In this document: piece after piece, positions 1-10,285 of the stretch
Numbering within the stretch: the stretch's first letter is position 1
How the letters are laid out: every line of letters starts with the position of its first letter
Origin: a virus
Taxonomy: Duplodnaviria > Caudoviricetes
Virus record (IMG/VR): IMGVR_UViG_3300050505_000468
Coordinates: 1 to 64,000 of that record
DNA length: 64,000 nt
Strand: one strand, 5' to 3'
Made by a program: the position numbers and the translations under genes
Notes under the pieces: generated by a model
Seen by the model: the letters and a program-made list of their open reading frames with translations, nothing else
Told to the model about the DNA's origin: nothing
Databases searched by the model: none

Positions 1-207
1 TTCGGAAAAACCAGCGCTGTGGTCTGCGCCGCATCACGCGATGAGGCAAAGACGAAAGTAGATGCCTCGGCCAGGTTCAAGATCACAGCAAGCAAAACCA
101 ATGAGGCAGTGACCTTCCCGCATCACTGTTACTGCAACAGCTCGGGTAACAAGGATCAATGATAATGCCAATAGTCTATATCGCACCGAGTCAGGGAGAA
201 ACGACAA

Positions 208-752
208 TGACCACGAAGAGCATCCGTGTCTACAAGGTTGAAGCGACGTTCGAGCACGATGGGCAGCTGCTGAGCTGTAACCAAGCCGAAGTGCTCGGCG
301 ACGCGTACAATGCGCGCTACCTGTCCGAAGCTGCTGCCGCCGAAGCCGCAGAAGCCGAGCAAGATGCGCTCGAGGGTTCGGAGCTCGATCCGACGACGCG
401 CTACCATGTGGTCAAGGCGGATCTGCTCGAGTACGTCCGGGTGACCGAGGAGTGGCGCGACCAAGACGCGAACGGTGAAGACCTCCCGCCGAACGAGTAC
501 AACGGCTACGTCAGCGTCGACATCCGCGTCGACGGCGTGCGCCGATCGGTCGGCACCATGGTGGGCGCACACGACAGTGACCACGGGTCAATCCGTGCCG
601 CCGGCTGCGGCGTCCGCCCCTACCTCAGTACGTGGTTCGAGGATCCGTCCGACTGGCAGTCAGTAGGCAAGGAGCTGCAGCCGGCGGTAGCGGAACTGCT
701 CGCCCGCAACGCAAACCAGATCTGGAACGAGCTCGAGGAGCTTCGCAAATGA
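208..752 (+). CDS. hypothetical phage-like protein
   Basis: Acidic ORF with GGGAGA SD before ATG 208; ATGA overlap with the next gene. Confidence 0.6.
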
Positions 753-1171
753 CCGAGCGCTTTCACGTTGTCAGTACCGAAGACAAGGGCCGTGGCCGCT
801 TTGCCGTGATGGATTCACGCACAGAGGTCATCGTGTCGCGCCACAGAAACGCCGACATTGCGGACAGGAGAGCGGCGGAGCTGAATCGCCAGGCCCCCGC
901 GATTGACCAATGGGAAAAGCTGGCACTGATCGATCCGGAGGACATCCCGGGCTGCGCGCTGAACGTCTCAGCTACCGGCCCGCAGACGATCGAGATCATC
1001 GAGTACGACGATTTCCTCCAGGTCATCGCGATGAGCGCCGCGCGCGCCAAGGCGTTTCTTGGACGGTATGACGAACCAACCGACCTCGGCCCCGCGCCGG
1101 AAGACGGTCGCTGGAAACCAGGCGCCCGTGTCTACGGCTTTCACTGCCCGGCGAAGGAAAGGAAGGACTAA
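749..1171 (+). CDS. hypothetical protein
   Basis: ATGA-coupled start MTERFHV; protein-like composition. Confidence 0.55.
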   Translation: MTERFHVVSTEDKGRGRFAVMDSRTEVIVSRHRNADIADRRAAELNRQAPAIDQWEKLALIDPEDIPGCALNVSATGPQTIEIIEYDDFLQVIAMSAARAKAFLGRYDEPTDLGPAPEDGRWKPGARVYGFHCPAKERKD

Positions 1172-1557
1172 GGACTGCCGCCAAGCGGTGGGCCCCGCGC
1201 CCGGTATGCGCTTGCCAAGGAACACGCCCGGGATTTCCGCGGGGCGCGGGAAACGAACATGGGGGCGCGGGCGTGGAGCCAGCGCCAGAATTCGAGCACG
1301 GTAAACCGTTCGAGCTCGCGGAGGTAAATGACCGCCGCCAAGATCCGTTCGGCAGCCTTGCGGAGCTCCTCGAATCGAAGCTTCGGCCGTTCGATCCGGT
1401 GCGTGATTGTGACTTCGCGGCGCGGGCGTGGCGTGCGGGTAGGGACGGGCTGATTGCCGGAGGAGAAGTCGGTGAATCCCGCCGTGACGACGATCCGACC
1501 GCTGATGACGTAGCGGGAATTCGTGCTCCCCGAAATCGTTTCGTCCCAGTAGATCAT
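1168..1557 (-). CDS. hypothetical protein
   Basis: MIYWDETISG start coupled (ATGA) to the stop of the upstream transglycosylase. Confidence 0.45.
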   Translation of the reverse strand: MIYWDETISGSTNSRYVISGRIVVTAGFTDFSSGNQPVPTRTPRPRREVTITHRIERPKLRFEELRKAAERILAAVIYLRELERFTVLEFWRWLHARAPMFVSRAPRKSRACSLASAYRARGPPLGGSP

Positions 1558-2258
1558 CGCGAGGGCAAAACCCCGAAGGCCGCGGCGCCGGCGGCGACCA
1601 CGAGGGCTCCGACCGCAGCGTAAAGCAGGACGGGGGCCGAGCCAAGCTTGAGCGAGGCGATAGCGGTGTTGTTCACCCGGATCGCTAGCTCGGGGTACGG
1701 CATGCCGCCGGGGGACGCCGAGCAGAGCGAGAACTCGTTCCACTGCCGCCCGCCTGGGCGCGATGGCGTTGCCGGCGAATTGGGGCAGCAGAGGCCGCCC
1801 GAATTGTAGAGCGCGGCGATCGCGGGCAGGTCGTACCCTTTGCGCTGGTGCGAGGCCATGATGGCGGCGCCGGCGTCGATGTTCTTCCGCGGATCGAGCA
1901 TGTCTTCGGCGTCGGGGTAGCCGCCGTACGTGCGGCCATTCATGTAGGGGCAGACCATGACGGCCATCGGCCCGTAGCAGCAGGTCGCTGGGCAATTGAT
2001 GGGGCCGCCGATCTGCTTGTCGCGGTTGCCGCTCCACATCCCCGTTTCGACCACGATGATCGCCAAGATCCAGGAGACCGGCACGCCGCGGCGCTTCGAG
2101 GCCGCCAGGATCTCGGCCGAGAAATTCTGCCAGCTCTGGTAGGTGTAGCGGCTGTCTTCGGTGTTCGTGTAAAGGACGCCGCGCCCTTCGATCTCGATCT
2201 GCCCGTTCGCGAGCTCGCGCCAACGCGTTCCGCCGCAGGGGTTGCTGAAATCAGCCAC
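1554..2258 (-). CDS. lytic transglycosylase (SLT domain) with C-terminal transmembrane anchor
   Basis: SLT-like motifs AIIVVETG, GPMAVM, DPRKNIDAGA, ALYNSG; hydrophobic C-terminus; GTG start 9 nt after a TACCAT -10 box. Confidence 0.8.
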   Translation of the reverse strand: MADFSNPCGGTRWRELANGQIEIEGRGVLYTNTEDSRYTYQSWQNFSAEILAASKRRGVPVSWILAIIVVETGMWSGNRDKQIGGPINCPATCCYGPMAVMVCPYMNGRTYGGYPDAEDMLDPRKNIDAGAAIMASHQRKGYDLPAIAALYNSGGLCCPNSPATPSRPGGRQWNEFSLCSASPGGMPYPELAIRVNNTAIASLKLGSAPVLLYAAVGALVVAAGAAAFGVLPSR

Positions 2259-2316
2259 TTCGGCGTAATGGTACGCGTGGGGTTGTGTTTTACGCAAAGA
2301 AACCGGAGAAAGTTCA

Positions 2317-2543
2317 TGAGCGCAGCGGACGATCTACGCAAAATCGCGGATGAGCTCGACCGGCTCGGCGTTTCAGGGCACGCCGCCGCCTACCTGATTC
2401 TCGATTTCGAGCAGGGGGCCATCGAGGCAAGCGCGTGGCACTGGGTGCGGGCGCTGCCACGGATCGCAAAGGAAGATAGGAACGAGCGGGAGATCGTGGT
2501 CGACATCGAGCTCGCGATCGAGGCCGTGTGCGAAGCGAACTAG
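2317..2543 (+). CDS. small hypothetical protein
   Basis: GGAG SD then MSAADDLRKIAD. Confidence 0.4.
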
Positions 2544-3034
2544 CTGATCCGAAGGACGCCGGTCGGGCCGACGATCTCGAGCGCTGTGCGAAGGGCTTGG
2601 TACTGCGACTGAAAGTGCTGCAGCAGAAACTCCGACACGAGATTGGGCGATCGGAACTCAGTCGCCCGGTCCGCCCATTCGGCGAAGTCCAGGGCGAGCT
2701 TTTGGCAAAAGCGCGGACCGATGAAGCCTTCGCAGTCACTGTTGTTGATGAGCTCAACGAAAGGCCCGGGCTTCGGGTTGTCCCACACCGACCTCGCCGT
2801 CGTGCCAACGAGCCCGGCGAGCTGGCTTCGCCATTCGTTATAGCCGCCGTACGAGAAACTGACCGACGTTTCGGTGCGCTTGCCGCTCACGCGATAGATG
2901 CCGTCCACGAGCCCATCGGCGTATGGAAAGCTGGTCGAGAGCCTGATGTACTCGACGCTGTCGTACTCTTCGCGGAAGCTCGTTCCGCGAAGCACGAGCT
3001 CGACCGCCTCGTATCCACGAAAATCAACGCCCAT
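2540..3034 (-). CDS. hypothetical phage protein
   Basis: 164-aa ORF with GGYNEWRSQLA and ELINNSDCEG segments; AGGA SD. Confidence 0.6.
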   Translation of the reverse strand: MGVDFRGYEAVELVLRGTSFREEYDSVEYIRLSTSFPYADGLVDGIYRVSGKRTETSVSFSYGGYNEWRSQLAGLVGTTARSVWDNPKPGPFVELINNSDCEGFIGPRFCQKLALDFAEWADRATEFRSPNLVSEFLLQHFQSQYQALRTALEIVGPTGVLRIS

Positions 3035-3065
3035 GCTTTGTCCTACGTGCCTTCCGCCGGGGATC

Positions 3066-3117
3066 TTCCCGCTGGATTTCTGGACTCCCGCCTCGGGTAG
3101 TCCCTAGCATCCATCCC
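3066..3117 (+). promoter_or_regulatory. GATTTC-class promoter (TGGACT-N18-TAGCAT), probably leaderless mRNA
   Basis: 20-bp identity with 37626-37645 (reverse); start codon 7 nt after the -10 box. Confidence 0.65.
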
Positions 3118-3693
3118 GTGGACCGTCTGTGGCTTTACGCGGGGCTTTCCGTTGCGGCGGCGGTGGGGCTTGTACGGGCGTTACGCGGGCCGCGCATCGA
3201 GCCTGGCAAAACGCGGCTCCTCTTGGTCGGCGATTCCCTGGCCGTTGGGCTCGCCCCGCCGATGGGCGCGATCGCCAAGGACCAGGGCGTCGTCTTCGAC
3301 TCGATCGCCAAGCAGGGCACGCGGATCGATCAGTGGGCTGGAAGTGCGGCGCTCGGCGACAAGATGGGCTCGTTTCAGCCGACGCTCGCCCTCATCTCTC
3401 TTGGAACGAACGACGAATACCTGGAAGGCGAAGGAGCTGCGGAACGGCAGCGGGGCTACCTGAAACAGCTGCTCGCACGCTTTTCGGAAGCGCGCGTCCC
3501 TGTCGTCTGGATCGGTCCGCCGAAGCTTCCCAGGCCCACCAATGGCGTCGTCGCCATGATCCGGTCTGAAATCCCTGGGTCGAACTACTTTCCCTCCCAG
3601 CTCCTAGAAATCCCCCGGGGCCCCGATCAAATCCACCCAACGGCCCGTGGCTACGCAGGCTGGGCCGGCTCGATCTGGCAGTGGCTCACGTAA
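3118..3693 (+). CDS. SGNH/GDSL hydrolase with N-terminal membrane anchor
   Basis: GDSL, LGTND and DQIHP motifs. Confidence 0.85.
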   Translation: MDRLWLYAGLSVAAAVGLVRALRGPRIEPGKTRLLLVGDSLAVGLAPPMGAIAKDQGVVFDSIAKQGTRIDQWAGSAALGDKMGSFQPTLALISLGTNDEYLEGEGAAERQRGYLKQLLARFSEARVPVVWIGPPKLPRPTNGVVAMIRSEIPGSNYFPSQLLEIPRGPDQIHPTARGYAGWAGSIWQWLT

Positions 3694-3700
3694 TCATGAA

Positions 3701-3741
3701 ATGATAGCGTTGACAGCACTGCCACCACTGCGTTAAGGATC
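3701..3741 (+). promoter_or_regulatory. sigma70-like promoter overlapped by TGCTRTCA operator-like boxes
   Basis: TGATAGCG-TTGACAGCAC...TAAGGAT; same layout as 39013-39050. Confidence 0.55.
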
Positions 3742-3748
3742 CACTTTC

Positions 3749-3946
3749 ATGAAAACCGCACGCCGGAACGGCGCGAAGACCCCACCTGCGCGCGATAAAA
3801 ATGGCGTGGTCGTGATGACCTTACGCATGGGCAAAGACGACAAGCGGTGGCTACACGAGCATTGCCTCGCCCTGTCGGCCAAGGAAGGGCACAACGTGAG
3901 CTACAACGAAGCGCTCCTTCGCTTGATCCGGCAGGCGAGGGCGTGA
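3749..3946 (+). CDS. small putative DNA-binding protein (ribbon-helix-helix-like)
   Basis: 65 aa, basic; VMTLRM strand followed by two helices (SYNEALLRLI). Confidence 0.45.
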   Translation: MKTARRNGAKTPPARDKNGVVVMTLRMGKDDKRWLHEHCLALSAKEGHNVSYNEALLRLIRQARA

Positions 3947-4269
3947 TGGAAGAACCGAAACTCCCGGTCGACCTCGAGTGGATCAAGGACGGGGCGAAGG
4001 TCTGGTACCAGTCGGTGCTCGGCGATGCGGATCGGACCTTCGCCGGCGTGGTCGAAGGGGTTCCGTGGCTTTTGGGCGAGCGCGTCTGGGTCGTCAATCT
4101 ATGCAAGATGGAGGGCTTCGCGAAGAAGCGCGTGGCGGCAGCTTCGTGCGGGCACCTCATGCCGCGCGGCGCCGAGGCCGCGCCGGATCCGAAGGTCCTA
4201 CGCATGATAGCGGAACTCGAAACGAATCGTCGCGAATGCAGGCGGAGCTCGGCTCGGAAGCGGGCGTGA
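3946..4269 (+). CDS. hypothetical protein
   Basis: MEEPKLPVDLEW start coupled to the previous stop. Confidence 0.5.
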   Translation: MEEPKLPVDLEWIKDGAKVWYQSVLGDADRTFAGVVEGVPWLLGERVWVVNLCKMEGFAKKRVAAASCGHLMPRGAEAAPDPKVLRMIAELETNRRECRRSSARKRA

Positions 4270-4472
4270 TGGAACCGGTCGATCCCGAATGGGTTGAGGA
4301 CGGCGGAGAAGCCTTCGTGGTGGCGTACCGGTCCCCATACACGGGCAAGCTGTTTTACGAAGTGGCGGATACGCTCGAGGGGGCAAAGAAATTGAGGGAT
4401 GGTCTGTCGGACGGCCTGCGTGCTCGTGGCGGGGTTCGCATCGGGCGCTGCGTGGAGTGGCTCGAGGAATGA
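4269..4472 (+). CDS. hypothetical protein
   Basis: MEPVDPEWVEDG; N-terminus resembles the preceding gene (PVDLEWIKDG). Confidence 0.45.
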   Translation: MEPVDPEWVEDGGEAFVVAYRSPYTGKLFYEVADTLEGAKKLRDGLSDGLRARGGVRIGRCVEWLEE

Positions 4473-5167
4473 CCGAGCCGGTAGATAGCTACGTGTGCCC
4501 AGGCTGCGGAGAAAGCCTCGAGCTCGAGTGCGGGGCGTGCCATGCGGCGCACGCCGGCTTTCTAGAACGCGCGCTGCAGGCCGAGCGGGAGCGGGACATT
4601 TGGAAGCAATCGTGCATGGGCAAAGAGCGGGAATGCGAAGCGTTGCGTAAGGATCTCGACGAGCAGATTCGCCGGATGCGCGACGCCATCGATGTGCTTT
4701 GCGGATCGGATGCAGAACGCGCGCATAGCTCAAGTGAGGCTACCCCGGCGAGTGACGTCCCGCCGGTGAAAACTCAGCCAGAGCAAGGGAACGAGAGTCC
4801 CGAGGATGCCGGTGGTAATGGCCCGGCTGCGCGCGTTCTGCACCCTGATCACTTGGGATCTGAGCTCACCACCTGGAAATGGCTGAACCAGTACGTCCCG
4901 CCGAATGGGAACGGCAGGCGTGCCGTGTTCCACTATGAGTCGCTATATCAAGCGGTCAATCTGCTCCGCGAGCAGGTGCAAATAGCCTGGAAGCTACTTG
5001 CGCTCGCGCCTAAGTTTCGTTGCAAGATCTGCGGCTGCCTCTGGCGGCTGTGCCAGCCAACTGAAGTGCAGCCGAAGGGATCGTGGTCACTGTGGGATGG
5101 AGCGCAGAAGCCAGGGGCCTGCTGCGACAATGCCGCCACGGGCGACCAGCTCGAGGGCTACTCGTGA
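4469..5167 (+). CDS. hypothetical protein with CxxC motifs and coiled coil
   Basis: CPGC, CGAC, CKIC; ATGA coupling. Confidence 0.5.
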   Translation: MTEPVDSYVCPGCGESLELECGACHAAHAGFLERALQAERERDIWKQSCMGKERECEALRKDLDEQIRRMRDAIDVLCGSDAERAHSSSEATPASDVPPVKTQPEQGNESPEDAGGNGPAARVLHPDHLGSELTTWKWLNQYVPPNGNGRRAVFHYESLYQAVNLLREQVQIAWKLLALAPKFRCKICGCLWRLCQPTEVQPKGSWSLWDGAQKPGACCDNAATGDQLEGYS

Positions 5168-5376
5168 AGGCGCCGCGTAAAAAGATCGTTTCGCGCGCCG
5201 AGTCGGAGATCGCGCACACGAGTATTCGCGGTCGCCACATCTCGTGGTGGGTAACCTTCGTGCACAAGCTCACGCTCGAGTGCGGGCACGTGAAGGAGTT
5301 TCGTGGAGACCGCTGGCGCTTGCCGGTGAAAGTCACCGGGTGCGTCGAGTGCGTCAGCGCGATGTGAAGCGGACCG

Positions 5377-5601
5377 ATGGCGCGCCTGAAAGACGTCCTA
5401 GTTCAGGTGCGCGCGAAGAATCGGCCTACCAAAGTGCTCACGGTCGACGCGCAGGTGGCCAAGCTCATCCGGCGCGTGGCGATGAGCGACTTTCTCGACC
5501 GCTGCCTACGCGCATATCTCGAGAAGTTTCATCCAACTTGGCCGACCGTGGATGAACCGGAGCAAAAACTTGAGCCAGACCGACCGCCGCGCGTAGAGTA
5601 G
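5377..5601 (+). CDS. small hypothetical protein (possible RHH)
   Basis: 74 aa; VLTVD strand and helices MSDFLDRCLRAYL. Confidence 0.4.
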   Translation: MARLKDVLVQVRAKNRPTKVLTVDAQVAKLIRRVAMSDFLDRCLRAYLEKFHPTWPTVDEPEQKLEPDRPPRVE

Positions 5602-5605
5602 TCCG

Positions 5606-6031
5606 ATGGCGCTTGGTATTTTCCGTACACGCGAGCTTGGCTACTTCGCGCCCTCTGCGAACGCCCCGCACATCGACCTTGGCCCAGGGGTGCCACCCGA
5701 AGCGCGGCTTGCTGCCGACCGGGGCACCGCCGCGTTCCTCGCCTACGCGAACCGGCCGCACGATCCGTTCAACTTCGATCCGCACGATCCAAACCTCGTG
5801 CGCTACCAGCAAGCTGCCCAGGAAGTCCAGTGGCTTGATCCGAGCGCGGCCTACGAGTTCGCCGCGGATACTGCGACCATCGGCATCATGGCCGATGCGC
5901 GGCTCGCCCGCGATGCGCACCTGTCACGATCGGCAGCTTTACGCGGGCTCGGTCAAGGGTATAGTCTCATTCCGGGACTACCACCTGGAGCATCGTTTTA
6001 CGACGCCGCCTGGGAAGGGATGCCGTGGTGA
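5606..6031 (+). CDS. hypothetical protein
   Basis: 141-aa ORF containing an LRGLG motif. Confidence 0.55.
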   Translation: MALGIFRTRELGYFAPSANAPHIDLGPGVPPEARLAADRGTAAFLAYANRPHDPFNFDPHDPNLVRYQQAAQEVQWLDPSAAYEFAADTATIGIMADARLARDAHLSRSAALRGLGQGYSLIPGLPPGASFYDAAWEGMPW

Positions 6032-6080
6032 AGTTGGTCTGAAACTGGGAGTCGTCCGGCTCCGATGGTAATTCCGAAGA

Positions 6081-6377
6081 ATGGAAGCAGTAACTGTTCC
6101 TGCACTCTTGAGTGTCGCGGTGAGCAGCTTAGCCGGCGCCGTCGTGTTTCTGTTTCTTGAAGTGAAGAAGGCATACAAGGATCGGGATACGGCGAGGATT
6201 CAATGCGAGACCGAATTGAAGACTCTTCACGAAAACCACAAGGCGGAGATCCGGGCGATCCACGAAGCCCACAAGCAGGACAACCGGGAGGGGGCCAAGA
6301 CGCTGGTCACGGTGACGGAGCGAGTGACGACGGCGATCGAGCGGCTCTGCGACCTGGAAGAACTGCGGCGCCAGTAA
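6081..6377 (+). CDS. single-TM plus coiled-coil protein (holin-like architecture)
   Basis: N-terminal hydrophobic helix followed by a charged coiled coil. Confidence 0.6.
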   Translation: MEAVTVPALLSVAVSSLAGAVVFLFLEVKKAYKDRDTARIQCETELKTLHENHKAEIRAIHEAHKQDNREGAKTLVTVTERVTTAIERLCDLEELRRQ

Positions 6378-6955
6378 TACCGGTCTCTGCATCGGAATTC
6401 GACGACGAACCGGACACGGGGATCATTCGGGAGAAGGCCGCCATCGTGCGGCAGAACGCAGAGCTCGCCGCGGGGGCATTGAACGAGGTAGCGAGCCGCT
6501 TGCTCGAGCAGCACAAGAAAAGCTCGCGGGCGCCGCCTAGAGCTCCAGCGCGGGTGCTGGTTGTCGAAGATCAGCCCTCGGCGCGTTGGGTGTTCGAGAA
6601 GCTCCTGTCTCCCGCTGGGTACGAAGTTATCTGTGCTGTGGATAGCGAAGAAGCGCTCCGCCTCCTCGAGTCGACGGTGTTCGATCTTGCCGTGATCGAT
6701 TACGTCCTACCGGGAGCGAGCGGGGCGGTATTGGGGTTCGAGCTCCAGCAGATGTGGCCCCGAATGCCGATCGTGTACGTGTCGGGTTACCCCGATGGTG
6801 AAGCCGAGGTCGGGGCCCTTCACCCGGGCGCCGCGTTCGTCAATAAGTCGGCGCTGACCGGCGAAAGCGCGCACATCCTGCTCGATCTGATCGAGGTGCT
6901 TTTGACGCGGGCGCGGGAGAACAAACCTCCGCCGGCAGCAGCCGGGGATCAGTAG
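6374..6955 (+). CDS. response regulator receiver-domain protein (start uncertain)
   Basis: RVLVVED, DLAVIDYVLPG, PIVYVSG, FVNK. Confidence 0.8.
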   Translation, partial: VIPVSASEFDDEPDTGIIREKAAIVRQNAELAAGALNEVASRLLEQHKKSSRAPPRAPARVLVVEDQPSARWVFEKLLSPAGYEVICAVDSEEALRLLESTVFDLAVIDYVLPGASGAVLGFELQQMWPRMPIVYVSGYPDGEAEVGALHPGAAFVNKSALTGESAHILLDLIEVLLTRARENKPPPAAAGDQ

Positions 6956-6960
6956 CTCCC

Positions 6961-7260
6961 GTGTACCCTGTGATCTGGTGGCTCTCGCACGCGGATTGCG
7001 ACGCGATTGGGCCCGAGCTCTGGCCGGCGTTCCCGCCACCGATCCAGCGCGAGTACCTGGCACTTGTAGGGCGTGAGGGGCGCGGACGGATCTGGGACTC
7101 CTGCGATTCCGATGTGACGATCGACAAGTGGCCGTCCACGCCGCTGGCGGTGTACATCGAGCGCTACTGCGGCGGGATCGTCGTGTTCGATAGCGCGATC
7201 GCGCTCATCCGCCGGATGCCAGGGATCGTGACCGACAGGGACATGACCCGGCGGCTTTAG
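6961..7260 (+). CDS. hypothetical protein
   Basis: 99-aa ORF directly after the receiver gene. Confidence 0.45.
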   Translation: MYPVIWWLSHADCDAIGPELWPAFPPPIQREYLALVGREGRGRIWDSCDSDVTIDKWPSTPLAVYIERYCGGIVVFDSAIALIRRMPGIVTDRDMTRRL

Positions 7261-7451
7261 GCTTGCGCCCGGGTTTTTGCGGAACTACTTCTGGACGTCT
7301 CGAGCCGGGTGTCCCATCCCGAAAACGCATGGGACGGCGCCGCCGCTATGCCGATCAGCGGTCCCCGGACGTCGGGGGTAAAGCCTTGCTACGAAATCGC
7401 GTCGCAGCGAAAGTACTAGCGAAGACGTGACGGCCCGGAGAGACGGGCGTT

Positions 7452-7724
7452 TCACCGGCGCCAGACGCGCGGCGCCATGCGGTTCAACGCTAGCCTGCGC
7501 GCTTCGCACGGGGTGCAGGGCGTGATGCCCATGGCCTTCGTAGCGCCCGCGATCATGTCGCCAAGTCCATGGTGCGAGGAAGCCTGGCTTCGGTGCGCGG
7601 CGTGCTGGCGCAGGAACGCGTTGGCTTGTGCGGGCGTGATGGGTCCTGCTTGGCGGCACACGTCGCAGGCTACCGCAATGTATCCGTCGGGACGCCGCGT
7701 CGCATGAAGCCAGGGGGGTAGCAC
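7452..7724 (-). CDS. small Cys-containing hypothetical protein
   Basis: CDVC and GLGD...CTPCEARRLALN motif. Confidence 0.5.
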   Translation of the reverse strand: MLPPWLHATRRPDGYIAVACDVCRQAGPITPAQANAFLRQHAAHRSQASSHHGLGDMIAGATKAMGITPCTPCEARRLALNRMAPRVWRR

Positions 7725-7798
7725 GCTACGAAGGATCGCATGCGATCCCGGGGCTAGGCAAGTTTCGGCGGGGGACTATTGCGCCTGCGGCAGGCGGC

Positions 7799-7826
7799 GT
7801 GCTATCAGTGCTGTCACTGCTATCGC
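7799..7826. promoter_or_regulatory. three tandem 9-bp operator-like boxes
   Basis: TGCTATCAG TGCTGTCAC TGCTATCG in a divergent intergenic region. Confidence 0.55.
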
Positions 7827-7839
7827 GGAGTGAAGCCAA

Positions 7840-8295
7840 GTGATCAAACCGATTATCATCGTCTACCTGGCTGTCGGCGTTGTGTACGCGGCGTACGCAG
7901 CCCACAAGATGCGCGGCACGCTGAAGGCGCTTGGCCCAGCGGCAGCCCGTGCGCTCGCTGTCGTCACGCCGGGCTGGATTTTTGGTTGGCCGTTCTTCGC
8001 GATCTTCGACCTGATGTTCGTTCTCGGTATTCGCAAGCGCCAGACTATGCGCGCGATGCAGCACGATCTGACTGTCCTCAAAAATCTCGAGACCGAGCGG
8101 CTGATCGCGCAAGTGCTCGACGCCCTGTGGCCGTTCGTCCAATTGAAAAAGGAGCTCGTGGGGAAGCCGCCTGGCGGCGCGTTCACGATACCGGACGATC
8201 ACGTCGTGCTCTTGGCAGATCTCTACGACAAACTCCTTTCGGCCACCGGCATGAAGAACATCGAGATCGTCGATGAGAACGGAGAGGCGCCGTGA
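7840..8295 (+). CDS. membrane protein
   Basis: Two hydrophobic segments; GGAG SD. Confidence 0.6.
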   Translation: MIKPIIIVYLAVGVVYAAYAAHKMRGTLKALGPAAARALAVVTPGWIFGWPFFAIFDLMFVLGIRKRQTMRAMQHDLTVLKNLETERLIAQVLDALWPFVQLKKELVGKPPGGAFTIPDDHVVLLADLYDKLLSATGMKNIEIVDENGEAP

Positions 8296-8795
8296 CCGAA
8301 GTGCCCACACCGATTCCCATGCGCCTCGTCTGCCCAACGTGCGGGGCGCTACACGTGGACGAGGGGGAGTTTGCGACGAAGCCGCACCACACCCATTCCT
8401 GCCAAACGTGCGGCATGACCTGGAGACCAGCTGTCGTGCCCACGGTGGGCGTACGCTTTCTGCCCGGCTTCAAGAACGACCTGGGCGATCAGAAGGTCGT
8501 AGCCTCAGACGAGCTTCAGGCGCTACGGAAGGACTTCCGGCGATTCGCCGAACACATGGGCATGGGATGCCTCACGATAGATGGCAGCGCTATCGCGACA
8601 GGTGTTGTTAAAGTCGCAGACCCTACTCGCGCGGGTCATCCGATTCTTTCTAAGTTCGGTTGCGCGATTAAAGGCTGTCCTAGTCTCGACGCCTCCAGAC
8701 GGATCCTCGATCCGATTGAAGGCGCCAATTACTACATCTGCGAGCAGCACTACGCCGAGCTCGAAGCGCTCCACGAAACAGAGTGGCGCCGATGA
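8292..8795 (+). CDS. Zn-finger-like hypothetical protein
   Basis: CPTC...HVD...HHTHSCQTC. Confidence 0.55.
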   Translation: MTEVPTPIPMRLVCPTCGALHVDEGEFATKPHHTHSCQTCGMTWRPAVVPTVGVRFLPGFKNDLGDQKVVASDELQALRKDFRRFAEHMGMGCLTIDGSAIATGVVKVADPTRAGHPILSKFGCAIKGCPSLDASRRILDPIEGANYYICEQHYAELEALHETEWRR

Positions 8796-9538
8796 ACTAC
8801 ACGGCACAGGAGGAGCTTCGCAAGCGCCAGTGGCGCGCAATCGAAATGCTAGCAGGCCACGATCTATTGGCCGAGAACTATTGGGACGAAGGGCGCGGGG
8901 CGCGCTGGATACTTGGAACGTCGGGCACGTTCACGGCCAGGTGTGAGATCATCGCCGGAATCGGCGGATCGCTGATCGTGCACGGTGACTTCGAGGTCGT
9001 GCGCTTCGGCCACTACAGCGATCACCAGGACGCCTTCAATCGGCTTTGCTGGATGGGACTCTGCCGCGATGTCGATTATTACGTCGCGCAGAAAGCAACG
9101 ATCGGCATGGGACGCGGGCGCGACAGTATACGGGACTACGACGAAGACCTGGCCATCGCGCAGATCAAGGATTTCATCAAGGACTACGAACACGAGTGCA
9201 GGCCAGCAGCGGCGGCGGTCCTGACCGAAGCGCTAGAGTATACGGAAAATGAACAGACGCTCCGTGAGTTCTTGTACCAGAGAGGGTCTCAATGGGAGCT
9301 CTGGGATCACTCGTTCGGTGAAGTTCTGGATTACCAAGTCGTCATCGCGCACGTGGCGCTGAACCGAACAGCATGCCTTCTGATGGAACGGCACGGGCCA
9401 GCGGGGCCGCCAGCGTGCTTGCCGAAGGACCGCACGACAAGCGCCAGTAACCTCCGCCCGCCACTCGCGCCGGAGTCACCGCGCGAGCTCATGGCCGCGG
9501 AAATCCGCAGGGTGTTCCTTCGGAGTCCGAGCGCGTGA
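8792..9538 (+). CDS. hypothetical phage protein
   Basis: 248-aa ORF with ATGA coupling. Confidence 0.6.
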   Translation: MNYTAQEELRKRQWRAIEMLAGHDLLAENYWDEGRGARWILGTSGTFTARCEIIAGIGGSLIVHGDFEVVRFGHYSDHQDAFNRLCWMGLCRDVDYYVAQKATIGMGRGRDSIRDYDEDLAIAQIKDFIKDYEHECRPAAAAVLTEALEYTENEQTLREFLYQRGSQWELWDHSFGEVLDYQVVIAHVALNRTACLLMERHGPAGPPACLPKDRTTSASNLRPPLAPESPRELMAAEIRRVFLRSPSA

Positions 9539-9753
9539 TAATTGGCTTGTACATGGTCGCTTACGCGCTGTTCGGCGCGTTCTTCATTGGGCTCCGGATC
9601 AAAGAGATCACGACCGCGTTTTCAAAGTATGACGATGATAACGAAAAGGGCTGTATGTTTATCGTCGCCATTCTGCTCTGGCCCATTCTGCTCATGCTCG
9701 TGCTCGGCGAGGCGGTTTCGAGATGGCGGACCCGCCGACGCGGGCAGTCCTAA
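9535..9753 (+). CDS. small membrane protein
   Basis: Two TM helices. Confidence 0.5.
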   Translation: MIIGLYMVAYALFGAFFIGLRIKEITTAFSKYDDDNEKGCMFIVAILLWPILLMLVLGEAVSRWRTRRRGQS

Positions 9754-10285
9754 GGATCGGCTACGGTGAGGAGTCAATCGTAAAATGTCTGATGCGCCCA
9801 GTACGCCGCAGAGCCGTGATCTGGTTGACATCTACCAAGACGTCGAGGCCTTGACGTCGGAGCTCGACGAGATGGGTGACGAGGCCGTCGCGAACGCCCT
9901 GCGCGACGCGCTCGAAATCCTCTGGTTCAAGCGGCTTTACGAAGCCGACCGGGCGCGGATGAACGGGAGGCCTTGAAGCCATGCGGTGTGAGTATTGCGG
10001 CACCAAGAGGAACACGGACGGGGGCTGCGCGAGCTGTCTCCTCTACAACGCAGCCGTGGTGGCTATTGACGCGGCAGCGCAGGAAATCGCCAATGAGCGC
10101 GCACCGGGCTCGCGGGGCTGGATGAACGAGTACGGCATTTTCGCCAGCTGCAAAGATGGGGTTCAGCGCCAGATCGGATCCCCAGAAGAAGCGGCGCCCT
10201 TCTGCGGGCTCACCGCCGCCGCGCGCCGGGTCCGGTTGCCCGAACCGGTAGACTAGGATAAGGGAAATTATCAGGGAGTGATGCC

